The translations under genes were made by a program, and so were the position numbers. Under the pieces are notes generated by a model that saw only the letters and a program-made list of their open reading frames with translations, was not told where the DNA came from and did no database searches. From an uncultured virus (IMG/VR IMGVR_UViG_3300005600_000030) (lineage: Duplodnaviria > Heunggongvirae > Uroviricota > Caudoviricetes), in the IMG/VR virus record IMGVR_UViG_3300005600_000030, positions 1-64,000 of that record: a DNA stretch of 64,000 nucleotides; one strand, 5' to 3'. The stretch's first letter is position 1; each line of letters begins with the position of its first letter. Shown here piece after piece: positions 26,958 through 37,009 of the stretch.

Positions 26958-27894
26958 TATATACCTCGTTATACAATTGGTACCATTTATAAAATTCTTT
27001 CACACCTACACTCACATCGGTCTTAGGTACATAACCAAGTGCTTGGAGTTTCTCGGTGTTCGCCCAAGTCTCTAGAGTGTCTGCGGGATGTTTGGGAGCG
27101 AGATTCTTAATTGCATCTTTACCCACATTCTTCTCAATCTCTTCGATGAAACTCATCAAAGGAACTTGTTTACCCCGACCAATATTAAAGACCTCACCTG
27201 CATCAATATCATTGTTCAGTACAACTTCAATACCATCAAGGATATCTTCCACGTAAGTAAAATCACGCTTCATATCCCCATAATTATACACGGTTATTTC
27301 TTTCCCGTCAAGTATATTCTTGGTGAAATCAAACAGTGCCATATCAGGACGACCCCATGGCCCATAGACCGTAAAGAACCTCAGACCAATAGTATGCAGA
27401 GTAGAACCTTGGAACTGACATTCGTTAGACCATTTAGTCCAACCATAAGGGTTCAGTTGTTTACCTGTCTCTCTACCTTCTGTCCACGGAATCTCTGAAC
27501 CTGCATAGACACAAGAAGTTGACGCATAGACGATACGAGCATCAGGTGCATGTTTCTTACATGCGTCAATAAGATTCTGAGTACCATCGATGTTGTTTGC
27601 ATGATATTGTTTTTCTTTACCAAACGAATCACGCACACCGGCATGTGCTGCAAGGTGAATAATATCTGTAGGATTAGTACCTTCGATGACATCGTTCATC
27701 TGTTCTTGATTACGCAAATCTACATCCAATACATCAATATCAAAGTGTTCGACACGATGATGTTTCAGGATAGGGTCATATAAATGGTCATTGTAATTGT
27801 CTATACCCATAACCCAGTGACCCTGTTGTTTCAACCTGTTACATAGTTGAGACCCGATGAATCCTGCCGCACCTGTTACTAAATATTTCCTCAT
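26950..27894 (-). CDS. NAD-dependent epimerase (UDP-glucuronate 4-epimerase-like)
   Basis: TGAAGFIG, HLAA.AGVR, Y...K, RFFTVYGPWGRPDMA. Confidence 0.92.
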   Translation of the reverse strand: MRKYLVTGAAGFIGSQLCNRLKQQGHWVMGIDNYNDHLYDPILKHHRVEHFDIDVLDVDLRNQEQMNDVIEGTNPTDIIHLAAHAGVRDSFGKEKQYHANNIDGTQNLIDACKKHAPDARIVYASTSCVYAGSEIPWTEGRETGKQLNPYGWTKWSNECQFQGSTLHTIGLRFFTVYGPWGRPDMALFDFTKNILDGKEITVYNYGDMKRDFTYVEDILDGIEVVLNNDIDAGEVFNIGRGKQVPLMSFIEEIEKNVGKDAIKNLAPKHPADTLETWANTEKLQALGYVPKTDVSVGVKEFYKWYQLYNEVYNG

Positions 27895-28838
27895 TATCCG
27901 TTCCTGTAAATATATTCTAATGCTCTGTCTGCTTCTACAGTCAGAGGACGATTTTCGTACCAGTTACCTGTGTCACGGTCAAAATCTTTACACATGTTTG
28001 CAATCTGTTGAGAGGTTATAGGATAACCCTGTTTGACTGCATTACCCGCAACCGCAACCATAATCTGATACATCTTGACATACCAACCCGTTCCGGTAAT
28101 CTGTTGATATTCCGCACCCAACCTTCTAGGCCAAAACGGACAATCACTATAAGACACCCAATTGAAGTTGGTATTATTTAGACTGTTCTTACGATATGCA
28201 ACTACCGCCTTCTGCATATCTGGTGGTAATCTATCTAGGAAAGAATTACCTGTCTTCTCAACATAAGGATATTTCGCAATCAGTTCACTTACGTTAAGTG
28301 AATTGCCGCCATTGTGATAAAAGATAAAACTATTAGCATTTGGGTACCTAGCAGGTACGTAATACATTCGTGCAAGGTCTTTCGTCTGCGGATCTCCAAT
28401 GTCTCCCAAGTGCGTGTTGATAGCGTGCCAGAACGCTTTAATTCGTTCACGCTCGATAATTTCGTCAGTTCGAAATACGAGACGAAACTTAGGAAAGTCG
28501 CTACGACTACCAGCAGTGCTGTAACAAACAAAGTCATAATCTCTAAAATCATCAATTAGTTGCTCCTTTAAAGAAATAATATCATTAGGATAAACATGGT
28601 CATCCACATCAACACAACACCAACCACCCCAATATAAAGTAGACTTATTACTACGCGTACTATCGGTTTCAAAAACAGCAGGAGTAATAAGAGGACTAGA
28701 ATTTCTACCACCTTTTTGTCCCTCTTGTTCAGACAGCCCGTACAACAAGTCAACGAAATTGTCCCACGATTCGAGAGACATTTTCCGATGAGTCTTGTTG
28801 TCAAACTGATTTTTAAATATAGTTAATTCATAATTCAT
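27894..28838 (-). CDS. Archaeo-eukaryotic primase (PrimPol)-like protein
   Basis: VDVDD, YST, FRLV, D...KD..RMYY.P; has its own promoter. Confidence 0.65.
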   Translation of the reverse strand: MNYELTIFKNQFDNKTHRKMSLESWDNFVDLLYGLSEQEGQKGGRNSSPLITPAVFETDSTRSNKSTLYWGGWCCVDVDDHVYPNDIISLKEQLIDDFRDYDFVCYSTAGSRSDFPKFRLVFRTDEIIERERIKAFWHAINTHLGDIGDPQTKDLARMYYVPARYPNANSFIFYHNGGNSLNVSELIAKYPYVEKTGNSFLDRLPPDMQKAVVAYRKNSLNNTNFNWVSYSDCPFWPRRLGAEYQQITGTGWYVKMYQIMVAVAGNAVKQGYPITSQQIANMCKDFDRDTGNWYENRPLTVEADRALEYIYRNG

Positions 28839-28844
28839 AAGGAC

Positions 28845-28873
28845 ATTATATCAAAATGGGTCAAAGGTGTCAA
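28845..28873 (-). promoter_or_regulatory. Sigma70 promoter
   Basis: TTGACA-17-TATAAT. Confidence 0.8.
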
Positions 28874-29462
28874 CCCTTTTATCATATTTTAAATGAGTAT
28901 GTTCACCATCTGCATAGACATAACACAAGAACACTTGTACATGTTCATTACCATCAAATGGTTTTCTGGTATGAAGAACTTTAGTGCCCTCGTATATAAC
29001 ACCGTCACCTTGGTCTAGATGAACATCGACCGGAGAAGTAGCACCCAATATTATAGGCCATGGGACACCATCGTTCTTCAGGTTAATAGATATCACCAAC
29101 TCACATGAAGGTCTGTCTAGGTGTTGGGGTAGTCTGTGACCATTCCTATACACCCTACAGTAACTAAATGTGGGTAGTAATTTCTTACCCACAATCTTTT
29201 CTAGTTTATGTCTCACATAAAATAACAGAGAGTCTGTTCCGGAGTATCCGTGACGTTGGAATGCGCCCGGAGTTATGTTGTCTCCCATATGTTCTTCGGG
29301 TGTATTATTTTCCAGTATAAGAATAGACCCTGCAAGTACTTCACAAAGGTCTTTACTTATAATACCCTCTACCTTTTTATAATTAACCAAAGAAGTCCTC
29401 CAGTGATGACTGAGGTTCAGAATCCCAACCGACCGCATCCAGAATGGGAGTGAGTGGGTCAA
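28851..29462 (-). CDS. 2OG-Fe(II) oxygenase
   Basis: [29 protein letters not shown]; real start probably near 29390. Confidence 0.8.
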   Translation of the reverse strand: MTHSLPFWMRSVGILNLSHHWRTSLVNYKKVEGIISKDLCEVLAGSILILENNTPEEHMGDNITPGAFQRHGYSGTDSLLFYVRHKLEKIVGKKLLPTFSYCRVYRNGHRLPQHLDRPSCELVISINLKNDGVPWPIILGATSPVDVHLDQGDGVIYEGTKVLHTRKPFDGNEHVQVFLCYVYADGEHTHLKYDKRVDTFDPF

Positions 29463-31872
29463 GGAATGTTTTGTTGAACATCATATCATAATTGATATAT
29501 TTATCTAGTCCCAATTCACGGGGAAGGTTTAGTGGATAAGAGATTACATTCTCACCGATTGGATTAGGCATCTTCAGGTAACAAAACTTAATCTTCTCAC
29601 CATTCTTGATAGTCTCGTACCGTTTGGTCAGAGAACTTTCCTTGAGTGCTTTGTTGAACATCAACGCACCACGCACGTGGATAGGAGTACCTTTCTTGTA
29701 CACACTCTTACGGTCAGACCATTTGGTCACATCCGATACACCCCGAGGAAACGAAACCGCTTCGGGCGGTAAGGTCTTAAAATGGGACTTAAAGTCCGAA
29801 ATGTATCGTTGTGTGTCTACTTCGGTACCTTCTACGATGACCCGAAATATCTCTTTGAACTTGTCACGGACAACCTGCGGAGTACTGGACTTGATTGCCT
29901 CGATACCCATCATCTTGAGTTTGGGTTCTGCGTACTGGACACCCTCGTTATTGTGCACGTTCAGGATGTAACGTTTCTTGGCCATCCAGATGCCACGGTC
30001 TGCGATTACCTCCCGTTCCATCTCCATGCGATTCTCATAGGCATTGGTCGCTAGTGCCATATCCGCATAAGACTTTACAAGGATTTTCTCGAAGTGTTCC
30101 GAACAGATCTTGTCGAGAAACTTTACCGGATTACTAGGAGAAAACTTATCAACGAGATCCCCCATACGAAGATAAACAGAATCGGTGTCAATTGCCACAA
30201 CGTAGTCTTCATCCGTTTTAAGAAGTTTTTGCATTTCATTGTTTACTGCTCTCTCCGCCCATTTGATTGCAAGTTGACCAGCAAGAGTAATGGACTCTGC
30301 AACTCTTTGGTCGAAATATCTGAACCAACGATTCCCGAGGGCACCATAAAGTGAATTCATAAGAATTTTAATTGCCATCTGTTGATTATTCAGAGAAGTT
30401 ATGGTATACTCTAGAGTTTTAGATGGGTTAGTCTGCATCTCCTGTTGACATTCCAACATCTTCTTCTTGATTACTCTACGTTCCGAGTAATACATTTTAA
30501 TGATTTTGGGAACCACACCTTCTTTATCTTGGGCGAATCTAACACCAGTGGGTGCAAGAGCATAATCTAGATTCTGGTCAGTCAGGTCAACCGAACCGTC
30601 CAGAAACTTATCGACCGAGACATTGTTAACGAATCCGTCCATTACCGTCTCGGGTGACATATTGTATTGTACAATGATGTTAGGATACAGAGATGCCAAA
30701 TCGAATGAGGTTACCCAGTCGTGCGAACCAACCTGTGGGTCTTTCACGTAACCGCCAGGATATGAGGTCTTGGGTTTCTCAATCTTCTTAGGAACCGCAA
30801 CCTTGTTCTTATTCAGAAGTCGGTAGATGATGGTGTCCCAGATAGCAGTCGTACCCAGAGTATCGTTATAGTTCACACCCGCCTTGTAGGCCATGGTCAG
30901 GATTAATGAAATCAAATCAAGTTTAACATCGAGGAGATGTACCAACTCAACGTCTTTGATGTTATAGTCAATGAACTTCTGGAAGTCATTCTCATACAGG
31001 GCAAACAGAGAACCATGTTCCTCATAGGATAGTTTGCGTTCACCCAGTACTACGTGGGCGATATGGTCTAGTCGATAGGATTCTTGTTGACCCAGAGTAT
31101 TGTAGGTGAACTTCTTGAAGACTTCGAGGTAGTCAAGTTGTTCGATACCCTCAAGGACAAACTCTTGGTTGGGTTTACCGTTGATGGTAGTATTACGTTC
31201 ACGGATAAGACCCCACGGAGACATACGTTTCGCCATGGTATCATCACCGAGAATTTTAGTCATACGGTTAACCAGATACGGAATATCGAAGAACCGTGTG
31301 TTCCAACCAGTAATAATATTGGGGGCGTATTGTTCGAACTGACGTACAAACTTTTGAAGTAGGTCTAGTTCGTTGTCACACTTGATATAGAGTACATCAT
31401 CACGAGATACCGTATAGTCTTGACAACCCCAGACCCAGTACGTACCACAGTCTTGACGCATAGTGATTGCGGTAATAGGATATGCGGCCGCGCCAGGTTC
31501 GGGGAATCCGTCCTGAGAGAAAACCTCGATATCGATGTTCGCAGTCTTGATGAGACTGCGGTCATAGTCAATCTTATCGGGAAAGACTTCACCAATCAAT
31601 TGGGCAACATAGTTAGTGTTACCTGCAATAGTAAAGTTAGAGACATGTTCGTAACGTTTCTCGAAGTCCTTCGCCTCTGTCATAGAGTCAAACGTTATTG
31701 GTTGTACGGGTAGTCCATCAAGTGTAGTCCAACCATCAGATTGTTCTGCGGTACCGGACATAAACAGAGTGGGTTTAAAAGGAATTCTGCGTTTTACTTC
31801 TTTACCGTTCTCGAAACCACGGTACAGAAGTTTGTTGCCAAAACGGACAACGGATGTATAAAAATTAGACAT
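29383..31872 (-). CDS. 43: Family B DNA polymerase gp43
   Basis: DIE exo [35 protein letters not shown]. Confidence 0.98.
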   Translation of the reverse strand: MSNFYTSVVRFGNKLLYRGFENGKEVKRRIPFKPTLFMSGTAEQSDGWTTLDGLPVQPITFDSMTEAKDFEKRYEHVSNFTIAGNTNYVAQLIGEVFPDKIDYDRSLIKTANIDIEVFSQDGFPEPGAAAYPITAITMRQDCGTYWVWGCQDYTVSRDDVLYIKCDNELDLLQKFVRQFEQYAPNIITGWNTRFFDIPYLVNRMTKILGDDTMAKRMSPWGLIRERNTTINGKPNQEFVLEGIEQLDYLEVFKKFTYNTLGQQESYRLDHIAHVVLGERKLSYEEHGSLFALYENDFQKFIDYNIKDVELVHLLDVKLDLISLILTMAYKAGVNYNDTLGTTAIWDTIIYRLLNKNKVAVPKKIEKPKTSYPGGYVKDPQVGSHDWVTSFDLASLYPNIIVQYNMSPETVMDGFVNNVSVDKFLDGSVDLTDQNLDYALAPTGVRFAQDKEGVVPKIIKMYYSERRVIKKKMLECQQEMQTNPSKTLEYTITSLNNQQMAIKILMNSLYGALGNRWFRYFDQRVAESITLAGQLAIKWAERAVNNEMQKLLKTDEDYVVAIDTDSVYLRMGDLVDKFSPSNPVKFLDKICSEHFEKILVKSYADMALATNAYENRMEMEREVIADRGIWMAKKRYILNVHNNEGVQYAEPKLKMMGIEAIKSSTPQVVRDKFKEIFRVIVEGTEVDTQRYISDFKSHFKTLPPEAVSFPRGVSDVTKWSDRKSVYKKGTPIHVRGALMFNKALKESSLTKRYETIKNGEKIKFCYLKMPNPIGENVISYPLNLPRELGLDKYINYDMMFNKTFLDPLTPILDAVGWDSEPQSSLEDFFG

Positions 31873-31900
31873 AGACTCACTTCTTTAGGATAATGTATAT

Positions 31901-31929
31901 AGTATAACAAAAAGAAAGGGGGATGTCAA
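31901..31929 (-). promoter_or_regulatory. Sigma70 promoter for gene 43
   Basis: TTGACA-17-TATACT. Confidence 0.75.
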
Positions 31930-31935
31930 TCCCCC
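31909..31935 (-). terminator. Intrinsic terminator overlapping the gene 43 -35 box
   Basis: GGGGGAT-TGAC-ATCCCCC followed by TTTCTTTTT. Confidence 0.65.
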
Positions 31936-32474
31936 GTTTGAAATAATATGCTTTCGGTCTCTGAGTATTTACCAAAGATATTCCCTAGAGTTAGGGGAAT
32001 CTTTTTGAGTGTATCAGTGACGTTCTTCTTTTTGAAATGAGTATCGACTGTAGGATATTTCTTAATAATGTCTTCGTCTACAATCAGAACTCGGTCACGG
32101 TTATAGTTCAGATAACACATGAGGAAAGGAACACCTTTATTAAGGAACTTCTCCTTTCGTCCAAGGAAGTGAATCGCCTTATAGAAATGAGGCCAATCAG
32201 ACTTCCACGCACTCCACCGTTCTAGGTCGAAGTTCACTATGCGTCTATCAGTAACCTTCTCTACAAGTGCAAGGTCAACTCCATAAATACCATCAGGATG
32301 AGGAACCCATTCATAGTCCCCCGACCCTATGAAGTTTTTAATATATTTTTTGAGGGGATGACTCTCACCGACCATTGTAATGAATCGAGAGATGTCCTCG
32401 GAATCGTCAAAACTATCTTGACGATCCGAGTATGAACCCCACTGTGTTTTGAGTTGTTGATTCACATGGTTCAT
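31926..32474 (-). CDS. Putative PD-(D/E)xK-like nuclease
   Basis: YGVDL ... DLERW..W....P......RK pattern. Confidence 0.5.
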   Translation of the reverse strand: MNHVNQQLKTQWGSYSDRQDSFDDSEDISRFITMVGESHPLKKYIKNFIGSGDYEWVPHPDGIYGVDLALVEKVTDRRIVNFDLERWSAWKSDWPHFYKAIHFLGRKEKFLNKGVPFLMCYLNYNRDRVLIVDEDIIKKYPTVDTHFKKKNVTDTLKKIPLTLGNIFGKYSETESILFQTGD

Positions 32475-32477
32475 AAT

Positions 32478-33473
32478 TTATGCCGCCTGATCTATGACTT
32501 CCATAGTTTCATTGTCCAAACCAAAGGAAGACAATAAACCATTGTTGTCATTTAAAGCACGTCTTGTAATCAAGTAAGCGATACTTGCACGGGCATTTCC
32601 AGCTAAACGCCCTTTAATTAGATTAGTCTGTTTGGGATTGACACTCTTATATTTTTTCAAATATTCCAGAATCTCTTCTCTGTCATATGAATGATCGACA
32701 TCTTCGTTTTTCATCAATAAGTATGCGAGTCCTGTGAGCAGATAACCAGACACCGTAGGTTCCTTATCATACACTTCTCGAATGATATTAGAAGACTCTA
32801 TAAAGTATTCCTCTGCAATACCATCCTTTCGGAAGTAGTTGGTCTTCACCTCGACAAACCCACCCAAAGACTTGCCGGATGGATTTAGTCCTTCTACGTC
32901 AAGTTCACAGTTCTTGAAAAGATCCAGTAGTTCAAGAGCGTCCTTGTCTCCGTAGACAACTTCGGACTTGAAAATCTCTTCCTGTTTCATGGACTCGTTA
33001 TCAGCATTACGTGACTTGAAGTAACGAGCTTCCTCTTTCTGACATTCCAGATCAGTCATAAACTGTTTATGCACCAACTGTGAAGTCTTGATGTGCGTCA
33101 ATCCACAAAGTCCAGCCATGATGATACGGCGGAGACCATCCCAACAAAACTTCTTCTGAGACGGACGGATTGCGATGTCCACCACTCCAGCGGAGTATGG
33201 ATCAAAACCATTCATTTTTTGAAGTTTGTTGATGAGTTTCTTCAGACGCACAATACGTTGATACGTCATATCAACCCAAATTTCATCTATTGCAACAACT
33301 CCTTCTTCATTAGGATTGTATTTTGCAATTGTGGTCATACCATCTAGGGTTTTAGACTTGAAGTTTTCGATACGAAGAATTGCATCGATTATTTCTTGGA
33401 TACGGATTGTACCCGTTAAGTTAGCAAGTTGTCCTGTGACTTCGCTGTGTTTAGTACTCTTACTTAATTTCAT
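32478..33473 (-). CDS. ParB/Srx-fold protein (DUF6551-like)
   Basis: IWVDMTYQR ... CWDGLRR ... EA..F...N. Confidence 0.65.
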   Translation of the reverse strand: MKLSKSTKHSEVTGQLANLTGTIRIQEIIDAILRIENFKSKTLDGMTTIAKYNPNEEGVVAIDEIWVDMTYQRIVRLKKLINKLQKMNGFDPYSAGVVDIAIRPSQKKFCWDGLRRIIMAGLCGLTHIKTSQLVHKQFMTDLECQKEEARYFKSRNADNESMKQEEIFKSEVVYGDKDALELLDLFKNCELDVEGLNPSGKSLGGFVEVKTNYFRKDGIAEEYFIESSNIIREVYDKEPTVSGYLLTGLAYLLMKNEDVDHSYDREEILEYLKKYKSVNPKQTNLIKGRLAGNARASIAYLITRRALNDNNGLLSSFGLDNETMEVIDQAA

Positions 33474-33528
33474 ATAATACTCCTAGTATCATTTTGTTTT
33501 AGAGATACAACATGCATCTCACTATTAT

Positions 33529-33557
33529 ATAGTACCAAACTATCTACAGTTTGGCAA
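33529..33557 (-). promoter_or_regulatory. Sigma70 promoter containing a palindromic operator-like site
   Basis: TTGCCA-17-TACTAT; CCAAACT-N6-AGTTTGG at 33535-33554. Confidence 0.65.
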
Positions 33558-33564
33558 CACTTTT

Positions 33565-34701
33565 TTAACGAATGATATCAATTTCATCCGCATTTGTATT
33601 CCACGTTTCTAGTTTGGTACGTAGACGACCATCTGCCTTGACCTGTTCGAATCTCTTGGATGCCTTCTTGCGCCACCAAGATACGATGTTCTCCATCTCG
33701 AATCGGTCAAAGTTCTCTGCGGGTTTGAGTTCATCGGTCTTGAGGTTTAGATAGTCCTTGACTGACTGTGCCTCATAACCATAGGTAGAGAAGAAGGATC
33801 GTTTCTTCTCGGTCAAACCCTTCGCATCTTTAAAGGTTTGACAGAACTTCGCATAGGCATCCACATCATATTGTTTGAGAGAGGATTTGATAATGGATAC
33901 CATCTTGGTCTGCGTCTTCAACTTACGAGAAGATGCGTCAGCAGGTACCAAGTAATCACCACCGTTCCGTTCTTTGAACCAGTCGTTCAATCTACGGAAG
34001 TTATCATCGTTGATTAGTGGGGCGAAGTTTGAGTCTGTCAAACCGTTAAAACGTAGGAATGGGCGCATACCGTCATACATACTTGCAGCGGTAGACGACC
34101 CATATAGGGATGTGGTCTCGAACATCGCAATGTTAGAACCATATCGTTTATTAATTTCTTTTCTCATTTGGTGGGAACAACAGATACCTGCGAGTAGTTT
34201 ACCACCTAAAGTATTGAACGCTGCGGGCTGCACGGGGATTATGTTAAACCCCATTATAACAGAGTTATTGAATCGTTTCATCACTGCGGGATTGTACGAG
34301 TCCAGAGGATTACCCAACCATTCGTTTCGAGGACGTGAGTTGATTGTCGGAGAACCGAATCGAATCATACCGAAGATCTTACCTGAGTTCTTCTCTTTGA
34401 CAATCTTCAACATCTGTTTGCCCGGAATACTAGATTCTACGGGCGCAGAAGTAACAATCTCCATGTACTGCATGAACTGGTTCTGTGGACATTCGCCAAT
34501 AACAAACTCCATATCATTGGGGTGCATGTCGAAATCATCGAACAGGTCATCTTCGGGGCCCATACCAAGTAGACCCGTGGGGAACGTCTTCATACGTTCC
34601 ATCTTGATTTGTCGCATATAGTCGTCAATACGGTCGAAGTTCGAAAAGAACTCCGTGAAAACATTTGCTGCGTAGAACGCATCTTCTTTAGTTAGTATCA
34701 T
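33565..34701 (-). CDS. DUF4338/DruA-like GNAT-related protein
   Basis: PGK, G.I..GSP, R..W.G, P.QP..FN.LGGKLLA, ETTSLYG...SMYDG. Confidence 0.65.
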   Translation of the reverse strand: MILTKEDAFYAANVFTEFFSNFDRIDDYMRQIKMERMKTFPTGLLGMGPEDDLFDDFDMHPNDMEFVIGECPQNQFMQYMEIVTSAPVESSIPGKQMLKIVKEKNSGKIFGMIRFGSPTINSRPRNEWLGNPLDSYNPAVMKRFNNSVIMGFNIIPVQPAAFNTLGGKLLAGICCSHQMRKEINKRYGSNIAMFETTSLYGSSTAASMYDGMRPFLRFNGLTDSNFAPLINDDNFRRLNDWFKERNGGDYLVPADASSRKLKTQTKMVSIIKSSLKQYDVDAYAKFCQTFKDAKGLTEKKRSFFSTYGYEAQSVKDYLNLKTDELKPAENFDRFEMENIVSWWRKKASKRFEQVKADGRLRTKLETWNTNADEIDIIR

Positions 34702-34724
34702 AAATTCCTCATCTCAATGTAACC

Positions 34725-34753
34725 ATTATATATTATTACGAGTCGTTTGTCAA
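34725..34753 (-). promoter_or_regulatory. Sigma70 promoter
   Basis: TTGACA-17-TATAAT. Confidence 0.8.
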
Positions 34754-35553
34754 TCTATTATATGAAAATATTTGTGACGTGTCCATGGGTGGTCGATGAA
34801 GTTTTGTTGGTAACCATGATGGTCTTGGGTCACTGCGAGTGACTTAGAAACCACTTGGGTAGTCGGAGTCTTCCACATATTATCCGCACGAGAAGGGTCT
34901 CGTTTATTGAACGCGATACCCACCTTTCTACCAAAGAAGAGAGTGTCACAGTCATGCCATGGATGGATAACAGTATCTTCAACTCCTCGATAGTCTACCT
35001 TCTTGAGGTATGCAGTTGTATATGTAGAGAACAATCGTTGTAGTGTGCAGTATGGGCCACAGTTGATTGGGAAGTCTTTCTCGGTCAACACTTCGTACTG
35101 CCATCCCGCAGTATGGGGATGTAAAGAATAACATCCCATGAATAGTCCGAGGTTTGCATATAAGGTACCCTCTTCCTCGATACGTTTAATCAAGTCACAG
35201 AACACATCAAAGTGTTCCGCCAAGAAGAAAGTGTCATGTTCTAAAACCAAGAATCTCTCGTCCGACTCGGACTGCATTCGCATAAGTTCCCAGTGAGAAC
35301 ACATACCTGCTTTCTCGGTCGGTGAATGGTCATCAGGATTAGACCCACGAAGGTCTCCTACCATCAAGGAAGATTCCCAGTTATATCTTGACACATGTTC
35401 GTCAAAATGGGGACAATCTGGTGTGATGGCATCAAAGGTAATTATCTCTTCGATGACACCTGCTACAATTAAAGGTTCAAATGATTTCCGAGAGATACGT
35501 GCGTACTCCTCGGATACTTCATTACCCTTGATTACTATCTGATACGCCTTCAA
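34750..35553 (-). CDS. GT25-like glycosyltransferase
   Basis: FDAITP, G..CSH, LVLEHD. Confidence 0.7.
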   Translation of the reverse strand: MKAYQIVIKGNEVSEEYARISRKSFEPLIVAGVIEEIITFDAITPDCPHFDEHVSRYNWESSLMVGDLRGSNPDDHSPTEKAGMCSHWELMRMQSESDERFLVLEHDTFFLAEHFDVFCDLIKRIEEEGTLYANLGLFMGCYSLHPHTAGWQYEVLTEKDFPINCGPYCTLQRLFSTYTTAYLKKVDYRGVEDTVIHPWHDCDTLFFGRKVGIAFNKRDPSRADNMWKTPTTQVVSKSLAVTQDHHGYQQNFIDHPWTRHKYFHIID

Positions 35554-36365
35554 CTAGGGAGATTCCATTTTTCTTGGGGAAGGTTCACAATACGGTGATG
35601 AGTCTCTGCGTCTAAGTTATCTGCACCTGCAAACTGTACGTGTACAAATTTAGTAGCCTTGTTTCTCCAATCACATAAGTAACGTTCTTCTTTGTCTACT
35701 GTACGTGCGAAGTGAATGTATGAGTTCCATCCGTTGTCCATATATTGTACATCAAAGTCGCATATAAACATCATGGCGTGTAGATATGGTTGGTCACAGG
35801 TGTAGAATGAGTCTAGACCTTTTGACTTACACAACTGAAAATATAGTGCAGGGTCAACCCATTCCTTTCGTGCTTTGATACGTCCTTGTTTTGAATATAA
35901 CACCATACCAGTATTGAAGACTTCAACAAGTCCATCATCGGTACGGGGTACTTCGGTACTCCAAGTGTCTCGTACCATCTGTGCCCACTTCTCATCTTGT
36001 TTAGATGTAATGCGACCCTTAGTGATTGTACGAATACGTGGTTGTTCTGGTTCTGTACAGATACCAATCTCACCAGTAAACTCGTCAAAGATATTATGCG
36101 TCAGACCTTCTACAGGAAATACATCTGTATCTACAAATAGAACATTGTCATACTTGTCAAATGATTCATCAAAGATAGGTTTGAATGCACCATAGTGCGG
36201 AGTGTAACCACCAAAGTTATAACCGAAGTGATTCTTTAGAAACTGAGGGTTCTCTTCGAATATGTACTCTGCACCAATACGTTCTGCGTATTCTTGCATT
36301 GCATATACACCGGCACGACATGATTCTCTTACTTCACCATCCCAATATTGATATATCAAATTCAT
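35550..36365 (-). CDS. GT-A fold glycosyltransferase, related to 18178..18855
   Basis: YAERIGAEY, FVDTDV, FNTGM, DQPYL, WN, FVH. Confidence 0.75.
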   Translation of the reverse strand: MNLIYQYWDGEVRESCRAGVYAMQEYAERIGAEYIFEENPQFLKNHFGYNFGGYTPHYGAFKPIFDESFDKYDNVLFVDTDVFPVEGLTHNIFDEFTGEIGICTEPEQPRIRTITKGRITSKQDEKWAQMVRDTWSTEVPRTDDGLVEVFNTGMVLYSKQGRIKARKEWVDPALYFQLCKSKGLDSFYTCDQPYLHAMMFICDFDVQYMDNGWNSYIHFARTVDKEERYLCDWRNKATKFVHVQFAGADNLDAETHHRIVNLPQEKWNLPS

Positions 36366-36383
36366 ACTATATCCTTAATAGAT

Positions 36384-36403
36384 GGGGGGACTTTCACCCC
36401 CCC
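36384..36403 (-). terminator. G/C hairpin at the end of the hsp20 unit
   Basis: GGGGGG / CCCCCC stem with a short loop; weak U-tract. Confidence 0.45.
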
Positions 36404-36409
36404 GTGTTT

Positions 36410-36502
36410 TTATACCAATGGTAGTAGTGCAAACCACATAGTAGTAAAAATAACTACTGCGGCAAAACTATTACCAAATCTTTCGATTTTACTAGTTTTC
36501 AT
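36410..36502 (-). CDS. 30-aa hydrophobic peptide (MKTSKIERFGNSFAAVVIFTTMWFALLPLV), not in the ORF track
   Basis: GAGGA RBS, ATG 36502, TAA 36410. Confidence 0.5.
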   Translation of the reverse strand: MKTSKIERFGNSFAAVVIFTTMWFALLPLV

Positions 36503-36522
36503 TTTATTCCTCGAAAATTGAT

Positions 36523-36930
36523 TTAATTTATATCGATTTTGCGAGGACGCTTCTCTTCTGGTAGGACTACCTTCAATTCAATTGACAGGATTCCGTCTTT
36601 GTGATTAGCTCCAACCACTTCTACATACTCAGATAAACGGAATTGACGTTTGAACTGTTTCTGTGAGATACCTTGATGGATATACTCACGACCACGTTTA
36701 TCGTGTTTACCAGTTAGTGTCAATGTACGTTCATCTTGTACAATTTCTATTTCCTCGCGACTGAACCCCGAACACGCAACCTCAATGAGATAGTTATGTT
36801 CTTCTAATTTCACAATGTTGTGAGGTGGGTAATTATCGTTCGCATGACGACCGATAAAATCTAACTCATTGAGTAGATGTTCAAAACCCACAAAGGTCTG
36901 GCGAGGGAATAAAGTTTTAGTATTAGTCAT
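36523..36930 (-). CDS. hsp20: Small heat shock protein Hsp20
   Basis: GFE, NYPPHNI, YIHQGIS...F.R.F.L, DGIL.I.L, PEEKRPRKI.I. Confidence 0.95.
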   Translation of the reverse strand: MTNTKTLFPRQTFVGFEHLLNELDFIGRHANDNYPPHNIVKLEEHNYLIEVACSGFSREEIEIVQDERTLTLTGKHDKRGREYIHQGISQKQFKRQFRLSEYVEVVGANHKDGILSIELKVVLPEEKRPRKIDIN

Positions 36931-36988
36931 AGTGCTCTCCTATTATTAAGCAAGATTAAATGAGTACCGGACAATCCGCATACCCGAG
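36931..36988 (-). promoter_or_regulatory. ROSE-like RNA thermometer leader
   Basis: 5' hairpin, then UCUUGCUU pairing with the AGGAGA Shine-Dalgarno. Confidence 0.55.
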
Positions 36989-36990
36989 TC

Positions 36991-36998
36991 TATTTATA
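36991..36998 (-). promoter_or_regulatory. T4-type late promoter
   Basis: TATAAATA upstream of hsp20. Confidence 0.75.
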
Positions 36999-37009
36999 CA
37001 CCTTTATAT

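Noticed and set aside
29383..31872. Introns, inteins or homing endonucleases in gp43 (also checked gp41, gp17, uvsX, thyX)
   Set aside because: All are of normal length with contiguous motifs; no HNH, GIY-YIG or LAGLIDADG signature seen
31873..31900. T4-style gene 43 translational operator hairpin
   Set aside because: No stem-loop visible in the short leader
33974..34621. 215-aa plus-strand ORF
   Set aside because: Antisense shadow of the DUF4338-like gene; no RBS, promoter or recognisable motifs
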